A program made the translations under genes and the position numbers. From positions 122,262 to 186,261 of the forward strand of contig NW_005434558.1 of the NCBI RefSeq assembly GCF_000315625.1: a stretch of 64,000 nt of DNA, written 5' to 3'. Numbering within the stretch: the first letter of the stretch is position 1; every line of letters begins with the position of its first letter. The DNA comes from Guillardia theta CCMP2712 (Eukaryota; Protista; Cryptophyta). The notes under the pieces are model-generated. The model worked only from the letters and a program-made list of their open reading frames with translations. It made no database searches and was not told the DNA's origin. Below, piece by piece: positions 1 through 10,300 of this stretch.

Positions 1-208
1 TAGGAATGGGAAAGTATCTGGATGATAAAGAATGTCAGAGGAGAGTCAATGAAGCAAAGGTAATGCACGGGGAGGAGGGGCAACCAGATCCTTTGCAGCT
101 GCTTGGTATGGTGATGCTGTTGTGCAGGCCATACATAAAAAGGGGCTCATCACTGAGCGAGAACTGGAGATTGAGATATCAAAAATCATGTTGAAGCAGG
201 ATGCATGA
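1..208 (+). CDS. 3' end of a gene entering from the left; C-terminal SHOCT-like short helix
   Basis: Exon ending ...NEAK at 59, GT-AG intron 60-127, last exon 128-208 AIHKKGLITERELEIEISKIMLKQDA*. The 'GLITExE' motif resembles SHOCT. Confidence 0.45.
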
Positions 209-2150
209 AAAAACGGTTTCCGATTGAGGGGATCACGATGCTCGACTAGGTTTATAGTGATCGGAAAAATGAGGAGCGTGACATGGCCCTTCCCTTCAAG
301 GCTTGGATTGCTGGACTACAGACTTTGGCAGGATCCCCCGGCCGCCGATCGCAAAGTGGGAAGTGGTTGGCAACCTCGGCTCCTCGGATTGTCGCGGTAG
401 TGACGTGGGCCCGCTCTTCCGTCAGTGCGGGGAGTTGGCCTTGCAACACCGGACGGAACGCCCGGGCCATTGTTCCGAGGCTAATATTTCTGAGACTGCA
501 TCGCCGAATTCAAGTGTCCGATCCTGTGCATCATAATTGATTCAAGTGACTTCGATCGGATGCTGTAGACCGGCGAGCCGGGGGTTCACTCAGTCTCAGT
601 CACGGGCCTGCCAGGCTGGGGACGGTGGCTTTACTAGCCGCCAATTGATCATCATCGGAACCTGACCGACCTGGAACTTGCGTGACCGTACACTTAAGTT
701 AGAGTCGCTCAGCCTGCGTTTTACTTGTGCAACTTACATTCATGGAATGATTGAAATGTTTCTCGCTTCTGTATCCTGAAGAGTCTGACAGTGAGCCGCC
801 TGAGCTGAGCCGCCGCCGTTCCAGTCACGGTAACATTTGGTCGGCACTTCAAGCAGTTCCTGATGATGGACCTGCTGCTGAGGTCTTGGCTCGCAAACTT
901 GAACGCGCGGCCACCTCGGAGTACCAGCCGCTGAGCGCCTCACCGTATGGCTGGCAGCTGACGCTGGACTCGAGGCGCTCCTGTCTGGTGCGAGGCGCAT
1001 GACTCCCTTACCGTGAAACTTGCCAGGTCGGACAGCCTGCCGGCACTGCGGCGCCGCGGTCATCCGATCGATGTCGCCGGGACAATTTCGTGATTTGGAA
1101 CTCGGAGGCTGAAAATTGTATGGGGGATCGGAGAGTCGGAGACATTTTCAGATTTTCGCCTTGGGTAGTAATAAGTAGTACCACCCCACCCTTTCGACAG
1201 ATTTACCTTAAGCACCCCCACTATCTATTCCTCAATATCTTCATGCACGGGTCCATTTGTATTCCAAGTACCTACCGCTTGAACCCTTTTGAGGACCCCT
1301 TCCTTTGATACTACCCCTGAAGTAGGACTCCGGTTTGTACCTAATCGACTTTCTTTACCACGAGCTGACAGCAGATGTACCCGAAAGTACTCCTTTTCAC
1401 AATGACCACGAGAAGAAACAATGTTAAAAAATTCAAGAATTTACATAAAATTGTTTTAGAATCTATAGTATTTATTGAATTTCTACCATGATTCCTTCGG
1501 AGCCCGGAAAATCCCGCCTCCTTCAGTACGGCCTATATTGAAAAGTCTTTATATTAGTGGGACTGGTACATGGTGATTTGGCTCACCACGTATGTATTAC
1601 TCCTTTTGTGGCAGCTCATTATAATCTGTACCCCACTTCGGGATTTGGAAGTCATTTACAAACTTTTATATCCTATATAATATTATTTTTCGTCTATACA
1701 TGTTTGTTGAGTATTTGTATAATTGCATTTACGTAAAAAAGGTTGTCGGACGGACCCCGAACTCCTGCCGCAGCCTCCCCATCTCCACCATCGCTTCTCC
1801 CTCCTCTCCCCCCTCCCTTCCCTCCTCCCTCCTCCTCCTCCTCGTCGATCACTGCTCGATCGCTTTCTGAGTCGCTCCGTGTGAACTCCCATTGGACTCT
1901 GCTGTCCTGTTTGCTGTACTCGTTATCGACTTTGCAGCGAATTGAAGGACTGCTCGTAGACATAGTCGCATATCATTTCGAGACCCTTTAAGGGGCAGTC
2001 AACGCGGAAATTCCACAGTTTCAAGGACTAAATAATATTCGGACGTGTGTTTCGAGAATTTCCTACGCAGTGTATAGAACTCTTCAATCTTCTTCATACC
2101 AGATCGTTAATTGAACCTCACAAATAGAAACCTTACTTCGGACAAATAAG

Positions 2151-2411
2151 ATGCAGAGCACAAACATATCTTTTCCTCCAGAATTTGTCAAAAAAGTCGG
2201 GCTTTCAAGATTGCCCAAAACTTCCTTGAATTTTGAAATCAATGTGATGGATCAGTGGGATTCATATCAGACTGAACGAGAGCAGCCACCGAGGAATGTG
2301 CAGAATTCTTCCATGGAGCTTTGCAAGTGTGGGAGCAGTACGATGTTATATGACGATTCTGATGATGAGCTGGAAAGTTGTGCGAGTATTTACAGAAAGC
2401 AGAAACTGTAG
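2151..2411 (+). CDS. small acidic hypothetical protein (86 aa)
   Basis: Intronless ATG-TAG ORF with protein-like composition (YDDSDDELE). No recognisable family. Confidence 0.35.
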   Translation: MQSTNISFPPEFVKKVGLSRLPKTSLNFEINVMDQWDSYQTEREQPPRNVQNSSMELCKCGSSTMLYDDSDDELESCASIYRKQKL

Positions 2412-2860
2412 CAAAATATCTTCTCTTGATGCTGTTATAGGGGGTTGCCGCCATTGCAATATTCTTTCGAATGTCTATAGATTTTTTCTCATGTTGATAA
2501 AAGCACTTCTATCGTGGCTTGCGTTCAAGTCCATGTCTCCTAGACCTTTGTTCGTATTTCCTACAACTTCATCACAGCCCCTCTCCCTCTCAGTCGTCCC
2601 GAAGCCTCTGCAGAGGTTGCTTTCAAGTGAAGAAAACTCAAACAAGGTCATCGAATTGTTGAATTACTCGTTTCTCCCGCTTGCCCCTGGCTGCTTGTTA
2701 CTCATTTTCCTCTCCTTCCCTAAGTCCCTCAGTCTTCTCAACTCTACGATATCGTCCACATCTCCTGTTTCCTTTCTCAGCCTCCTCCCCAGACCGCTCT
2801 TTCCCTTTCCCCTTTGCGCCGTCCACAGTTCCCCACTCCCCTCATCCGATCACCCGGATC

Positions 2861-2930
2861 CTCATCTCACCTCACCTCATCTCACCTCATCTCATCTCAC
2901 CTCATCTCATCTCATCTCACCTCTCTTCTC
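2861..2930. repeat. pentanucleotide (CCTCA/TCTCA)n tandem repeat
   Basis: Directly visible: ctcatctcacctcacctcatctcacctcatctcatctcac... Confidence 0.85.
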
Positions 2931-3699
2931 CTCCGATCATGATGTATGGTTCCTCACGTACACCAGAACAAGTCATGAAGGCAGTACTAGCACTACTTGC
3001 GACGGCAGTGCCCGAACGCCTCTGTAGCGATTTCATAGCATCTTCGAAGTTTTAAATTAGACAGGGAATTTTCAGGAACTTGGGTTGAAAATGCCGCAAA
3101 GTATCCTATGCAATGCGAGGGGCGGCGATGACGCTGGCGGGCGGCCTGCATGGATCATGTGAAGATATGCTAACGCGTTTCCACCTCTACATGCTTTATC
3201 CTCATTCTTTTCAATTCCTTCCCTCTTCTCTCCCCTCCGTCATCCTCCTTTGCCCGTGCTGTCCTACTCCTTACTCCCATTTCTGCTATTTGCCATCCTT
3301 CTCCGTCCGTTCTACTACTTCTCCAAGGCATTTAATGATCTTTTCCTTCCACTGCCATTCACCAGCCTTTTTCTCCCTTTCTCTCCCAGCCCTTGTCTCG
3401 CAAGCTCCAATCCGTACGACCCTTTGTTCCCTCTTTCGCACACCGACAACCTCCAAGATACCCCCTGACCCTGCTCCATCTCGCATGGCAGCCTTTGAAG
3501 TCCTTCCCATTCATTAGGAAACTGATCTCTTCAACCTTGATCATCCATATCAGGCTTTTAGCCCTTCCTCCTCCATCCCTTCCCTCATCTGACCTCATAC
3601 CCATTCGGTGCTCAGTGCTGCTTGACCCTGCCCTCGTCCTCTGCCGTCGACTATCGAGCCTGCCACAGGCAAGCAGCAAGAGGACAACCAGCTCGCCTG

Positions 3700-5547
3700 C
3701 GCTGAGAATGACCGGTGCTGCAAGCACGGCGAGGCCAGCGGATGACGTGTGGGGTGGCAGGAGGAGGCGACATGGCTTCGGGGGCGCCGAGGAGCAAGAC
3801 ATTCGAGAGACCATGTACGGAACAAGGACGGGGGGGGGAAGGGGGGAGGGTGGTGGGAGGGCAAGCGAGGGCGCTGACGGCGTGTGACAGTGATCGTCGG
3901 GGTGCTGGGATATCTGCAGCTGCTTCCCAGTAGGATGAGCGATGGAGCATGCGAGGGGGCTGACTGTGACGGCGTAACGCACCAGGAGCGACCGGACTGC
4001 GAGTGCTCAACGACAAGACGAGCGCGGGAAAAGCCGCGGGCGAGCAGGAGGGCGACCTGTCGGCTGCTCTGCGCCGGAGCATGACGACGCTGTACGGGAG
4101 GCATCTGTCAGGTATGGCGATAGGCTTGAGGGTGGTTGGGGATCCGGGCGGGCTGACAGAGGAGCAGAGGACGGGACCCAGCTCGACTACGGGGGGATGG
4201 CGGCGAGCGAAGAGTACGCGGGGTACAAGGCGCTGGCGGAAGGGCTGAGGGAGGTAGACACAAGGAGCATGGGAGAAGAGGAGCGGGTAGCCTTCTTCAT
4301 CAACGTGTACAACTGCCTTGTGATCGACGCGATCATCTCTCTCGGGGAGCCCAAGGACCTGCTGTCGCGGCTGAGGATGTATGCGGAAGCCGCTTACAAC
4401 ATCGGGGGGGCGAACTTCTCCCTCAACGACATCGAGAACGGGGTGCTGAGAGGGAACCAGGTGATCGCCCATGCTGCATGCTTGGTGTACCGTGGTGCTG
4501 GAGGCGGCTGGGGGCTTGTGAGTCAGGGCGCCGTTGCGGGCTTGGTGTGGGAGTTGGCGTGGGAGAGGTCTAAGTCGTGCGCTCCTACCAGAGTCCGCCG
4601 ACCATCAACCCCTTCGCTCAGGTGGGGCAGGGCAGTGGGGGAGGAAAGCGCGAGGCTGACTGGGAGGATGCAGAAGCCTTTCGGGGAGGGAGACGCCCGT
4701 GCGGGCATTGCGTGCAAGAAGCCAGGTAGAGAGAGTGCGAGGAGGGTCGAGGAGGGGGTACTAGGGGTACACGGAGGGAGCAAGAGGCAGGCAAAGAGGA
4801 GGGGTGGGGTGGGGGTGTCGGGGGCATGGCTGCTTTGGGAGAGGAGGTGACGGCTGTCACAACAGACCCCCGGATCCACTTCGCGCTCAACTGCGGGGCT
4901 AGAGGATGCCCGCCGATCAGGTTCTACCGAGGCGAAGAGCTGGACGCGATGCTGGACAAGGCGGCGAGGTCTTTCTGCAAGTCGATAGAGGTGAGCCGGG
5001 CTCCATGGCGAGGCAGGGGAGACGAGACTGGGAGGAGGCCTGAGGGGGAGCGGGAGAGGTGGAGATCAGGGAAGCGAGGGGTGATGACAGCTGACTGGGG
5101 GGATGCGATGGCAGGTGGACCAAGACAAGGGAGTGGTGTACATGTCTCAGATATTCAAATGGTGCCTCGAGCCTGTCGGGGACTGGTACCAACTCGTTGC
5201 TTGGCAGGTATGAGAACGACTTCCAGTCAGACTCGACCGACAAGCCTCCCGTTTCCACCTTGAGGTGTTTCTTGATACCAGCTGCCTGGCCTGGAAGCGC
5301 AAGCTGACGGCATCTGCTCTACTGTGACCGCTTAGGTTTGTCGAGAAGTACCTGGACGAGGATAAGAAGGATGCTCTCTCTCGCTTCCTCGAGTCTGGCA
5401 AGGTGGAGTATGCTTTCCTTCTGTTGTACTGTTCATCTCTGGCGCTGCTTCTACTTTGATCTCATCAGATCGTGCTCTGTGTGACATCCTGCAAAGGTTC
5501 CGGAGTTGAAATTTCAACCGTATGACTGGGGCCTTAACTCGAAGTGA
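3700..5547 (+). CDS. DUF547-domain protein, copy 1 (multi-exon; 5' start unresolved)
   Basis: Spliced exons give LDYGGMAASEEY...AFFINVYNCLVIDAI...YNIGGANFSLNDIENGVLRGN...DPRIHFALNCGARGCPPI...SQIFKWY...YDWGLNS*, which are the canonical DUF547 motifs. Confidence 0.85.
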
Positions 5548-5581
5548 AGTTGAACTTCTTCCTCAAGCCTCGCAGGATCCC

Positions 5582-6787
5582 TTACTGCATCCACTCCTTC
5601 ACAACCTTGACGACTTCTGTCGGTTTCGTCAAGTGCGCGTAGTGAGCCCCTCCCGCCATCGTCGCTACTGTCAACCCCTTCGCCTGGCGGTAACGACACA
5701 AGAGCATGTACATGGAGACTATCCTGGCGCTGAAAGAAGCCTTCTCTGTGAAATTGATCCGTTTAGGGGCCCCCCGTATGACGGAGAAGATTCGTGTGAC
5801 CCAGTATGCCAGAAAGACAAGGGTGCACCATCGCCTCGAGAAGGGCTGAAGTCCGAAAAAGAAGGCCTGCTGGAACAGACCATCACGAGCAATGAGCACC
5901 AGGTGAGGGCAGCGGATCGACTTGAGAATCTCCAGCACAAGAGCCTCCGAGCAGCGCAACCTCGGCACCATGATCTGAGGGTCTGCGGTCCACACGTAGC
6001 CCTTCCCATCCTCCAAGGCCCTGGCTCCTCTCGACACCAGCACCATGGCATCTTTGGGTTCCATCACCCCGATCATGTTCTGCTTCGCCCTGCGCTGTGC
6101 GCATGCCTCCAAGCTCTCGTAGGGAGTCCACTGTCGGGATCCTATCTTGGAGGAGCACATGGTTTTGAGAGCATCAAGCTGCTTCCTGCCTCCTTCCTGA
6201 CTGTACCACCCGAACGACTCAAAGCCAACCACTTGAACAACTCGCTCAGGAGCAGCAGCAGCGATGGCCTGGGCGACGCAGCCACCGAGAGAATGGCCCA
6301 TGAGCGAGAAGTTCGACCATCCGAGGAGCTCAGCCACTTGCAGGACATCCGCTACATGGTCGATGTCATGGTAGAAGCTGCGATGGTCCGATAGTCCATG
6401 GCCAGCACAATCCAGGCAGACGATGGAAGATGCTCCAGCAGACAAGAGCATCGGAGCTATTCGGTCGAACGATGCTGCGTTGTCAGCCCAACCATGGAGA
6501 GCGATCCAGAGCTTGCTGGGGTCCGTCATCTTCGTGTCTCCCCACACTCTTGCTGCAACATTGAAATCCTTCCTGAGCTTGAAGAACTTCTCCTCGGCTG
6601 CCACCATCCTTGGGGCCAGCCCATTCCTACCCCTCGCACGGGATGCCTTGACACAGGGGTATCCATGTGGCTGTGAGGATGGCGTGCACCGGAGGTTGAT
6701 GTTGAAGCAGTCAGCTTGGAATGCAGACAAGAGGACGGGGGGGAGGAGAAGGAAGAGGGGGAGGGGGAGACATCGACTGTCCCGCAT
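5582..6787 (-). CDS. alpha/beta-fold serine hydrolase (SERHL-like) with bipartite plastid-type leader
   Basis: ALHGWADNAASF, LDCAGHGLS, GHSLGG nucleophile elbow, GAHYAHL. The N-terminus has a hydrophobic signal followed by an S/R-rich transit-like segment. First ATG at 6787. Confidence 0.85.
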   Translation of the reverse strand: MRDSRCLPLPLFLLLPPVLLSAFQADCFNINLRCTPSSQPHGYPCVKASRARGRNGLAPRMVAAEEKFFKLRKDFNVAARVWGDTKMTDPSKLWIALHGWADNAASFDRIAPMLLSAGASSIVCLDCAGHGLSDHRSFYHDIDHVADVLQVAELLGWSNFSLMGHSLGGCVAQAIAAAAPERVVQVVGFESFGWYSQEGGRKQLDALKTMCSSKIGSRQWTPYESLEACAQRRAKQNMIGVMEPKDAMVLVSRGARALEDGKGYVWTADPQIMVPRLRCSEALVLEILKSIRCPHLVLIARDGLFQQAFFFGLQPFSRRWCTLVFLAYWVTRIFSVIRGAPKRINFTEKASFSARIVSMYMLLCRYRQAKGLTVATMAGGAHYAHLTKPTEVVKVVKEWMQ

Positions 6788-7398
6788 CTCCTTCGCTAGC
6801 GTCACTGGTGACTGCTGACCTTACCACGAGGCCATGGACCGTCTGACATTGTTGGGCCCGCCTCACTGGGAGGACAAGGAGACGGCGGCGTGGCCAGTGG
6901 GCCGCCGAGAGGGCCGCCGCCGGGCGGCGGGCCCTCAGCCGCGCCGTTCAAGTTCAACCGAATGACCCCGGCCACCAGGCGACACCCACCCCCGGGCCTG
7001 TCGTCGTCAGTCCGATCGGCCGGGTCACGTCACACGGCGACCGTACGGCAGAACTGGAAGTCCGGCGCGGCCCACTGACTCATCAGCCGCATGACTCAGG
7101 CTCGCCCGGAGTGCAGTGCCCGCCGATAAAGAAGAGGCCCGATCGGACCGTACGGTCACTGCGGCACCGGGCACCGTGTGGCCACTGGCACTGACACTAA
7201 TCAGAAAGCGCAAAGGTTTCACTCTGAGGCGGTTTGGACAAGTCGTTAATGATCCCTCTTGCCCTACCCCACCAACCCGCGCCTTTCCACCTCCCCCCAC
7301 CTCCCGTCCTCTACTACCCCCCACTACATCCACCCGACCCCTCTACCCCTCCCCCCACCTCACCCTCGTTCTGTCCACAGACAGCCCCGCCGACGACC

Positions 7399-10300
7399 AT
7401 GTTCTCGCGATGTTGGCATTGCAAGGCAAGCGAGGAGCGAGGAGGCGCCTCTGTTGTTGTGCTTGTTGCATCGGATCTTCTGACTCGGTACTCATCAGAT
7501 TCACATGGTTCCTGGCACCGGAGATCGCTCGAAATGCGTACGATTGATTGATTCATCTTTGTTCGACACGTAACTCCTCTTTTTCCAAATGCGTCAAACC
7601 TGTTTTCACTCAAGGCGGTAAGCAAAGTTGTATCATTCTCAATAGAATATGCAAGGCAAAAATAATGTTGTGATCTTATGACTTGGGTTCGGAACGCCTT
7701 GTATGGATTGTTGATGGTCCTTCAGAGGGTGAGTAATGCGGAAGAGTACGATTGTAAAGGATGGGACTGACGGATATTGTTTTCAACTTTGATCATCGTT
7801 TGACGGGGCTGAGCGGGTGGATGAGGACAGCCGGTAAGAGAGGGAGAGAGAAGAGAGGAAAGAATAGGGAGTGACTCAGAGCATTTTCAACTTCGAAATT
7901 GACTTTGTCTCCTACGGTCTGGGGTGATGGGGCATGAGCAGCGGGTAAGAGAGAAGGGAGGGAGAGAAACGAGGATAGGGATTGACGGAGGGCGTTTGCA
8001 ACTTGTATCGGAAATACTCTCTGGGAAAATTTTGGGATGTGGCGCTGGCATGAGCAGAAGGTAAGGAGCGAGAGGAAGAGACGGCGGGCTGACATTCGAT
8101 GTTTGCAACTTCGATTGGGGATGGCCGGATGATGGTGGGGGACACGGTGCTTGACGAGGACAGCTGGTAAGTAACGGGCAGAAGAAGAGGGAGAGGGTGG
8201 AAGAGATGGAAATTGACGATGCGTGTTTGCAAATTTCATTGGGGATGGCTACATGATTGTTGGGCTTATGGTGGCAGTGGGTAAGTAATAAGAAGAGAAG
8301 AGATGGAGAGAAACATCGAAGCTGACGGATGATGTTTGCAACTTTGATCGGAAATTGGTGGATGACTGCGGGTGGGGGGACGGGGGCTCTTGTGGGGAAA
8401 GCTTGTAAGTGACAGAGGTGGGGGAAAGGAACTGATGTTGTACGTTTGCCACTTCGATCGGGTACGGCTCCGGGGATGTGGGGGGACATGCGGCGCCGAA
8501 ATAGTGGGTAAGTGACCAAGAGAGAGGAGGTAGGAAGTGACTTTTGATGTTGCAACTCCCGACGGGGGCGCATGGGACGTTTTGTTGATCGATTGTTCTA
8601 GAGTGTAAGTAGAGAGAGAGATGAAGCAGAGAGGGGAGGATGGGGGCTGACAGAGGGTGTTTGCAACTCTATTTCTCAATCATCGCATGACTTGTATAGC
8701 TGGTGAGTGACGAGGGGAGGAGGAGGAGGAGGAGGAGGAGGAGGAGAGAGAAACTGAAAGTACTGAACGTGGTTGCTTACAACCTTGGTTGGTGGTGATC
8801 TGGCCACTGATGGGGGGATCTGGGCCGCTGACGACGATAGATGGTATGTAATCAGAGGATGGGAGAGAAAGCAATACACGAGGGCTGATGATGGATAAAC
8901 TATCGGTGATGGCTTCGGTGCTTTGCGGGAATATGGGGCTGACGCGGACAGAGAGTAAGTGACGACGAGAGGAGGGGGCGGGAGAGAAGGATCTCTGCTG
9001 ACGATGGATCTTTGCAACTTGAACCTGGGACGCTTTGGGGTGCGGTCAACGCTCTCATGGGAGTAGTGGGTGAGTCATGAGAGGGGAGGGGTTGCGAAAC
9101 CGAAGGACAGGATCTGACGGTGGGTCTGTGCAACTTGGATTGTGAATGGGCGAACGGGGGGCTGGAGGAGCTAGCTGGTGAGTGAGGAGGGAGTGCGAGG
9201 GAGAAGGAATAGGGGCTGACCGAGGGCCGTTGTTGGATCGGGGACGGCGGGGATGTTTGATGTGGACACGGTGACCTGCGAGGACAGTGGGTGAGTGACA
9301 AAGAGAGAGGAGAGTTGTGGGAACGAATATAGTCTGATGATGGTTGGTTTCAACTCGGACTCGACTTGGAATTCTTGGATTCTCGTTTTCGATCCTTTAG
9401 GATGTAAGTTTCAAGGAGAGAGGAGGGAGGAGAAGATACTGACAAAGGAACTTTGCTTCTTGGATCGGGTGTTGGCTCGGGTTTGGGTTTGTCTTCTCAG
9501 CGGGTAAGTATCTAGGGGAGAGGATGGAAACGACATGGACAAGGGCTGACCGATGGCCTTTGCATCTTGGATCGGGTATGGCCGGGGGCCTGGATCTAAT
9601 GAGGATAGCTTGTAAGTAAGGAGGGAGAGGATAAAGAAGAGAAAAGATGTTGACTAATGCGATACCTTTTCAACTTGGATCTGGCGCACGATATACCAAA
9701 CATCAATCATCTTTGATAGTTGGTGAGTGATGACAAGAGAAGAGGAGGAGGGAAGAGACGAAGGGAGCAAAGGAAGAACGAAAGGATTGGGACTGACTGG
9801 AGATTTCGCATTACAACTTGATTCGGTAAACCATGGGACTCTTGACAAGTGCAGTGGGTAAGATAAAACAACAGAGAGAGAGTGGAGGATGATAGGAGCT
9901 GACTGTGGGTCTATGCTATCTTGATGCGGCACTCATTACCTGGTCTCTACATCTGTTTGTATAGAGTGTGAGTATGGAGGAGAGACAAGGGTGGGATCGA
10001 GCAGATTAGCAAGCTGACGCTGCGTCTATGCAACTTCGATCGGGGATCTGTCTCGTCGGCTGCTATGCGGGGCGGTGGGATCATCGGACCTTGGGCTTGC
10101 GGGCACAGCTGGTTAGTAACCAGGATAGCGGAGGAGTGGCTAGGCTAGGGGCTGACGGTGGATGGTTTGCAACTTCCATCGGCTGGGCTATGTGGAACAC
10201 ATATGGCATATGGGGACAGTGGGTAAGTGTCAAGGAGGGAGACACGGGGGGGGGGGGAAGGGAATAGGGAGCTGACGAAGGGTGTTTGAAACTTGGATCG

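Noticed and set aside
2296-3517. 243-aa and neighbouring S/P/L-rich ORFs
   Set aside because: Pyrimidine-rich low-complexity DNA with no domain signal.
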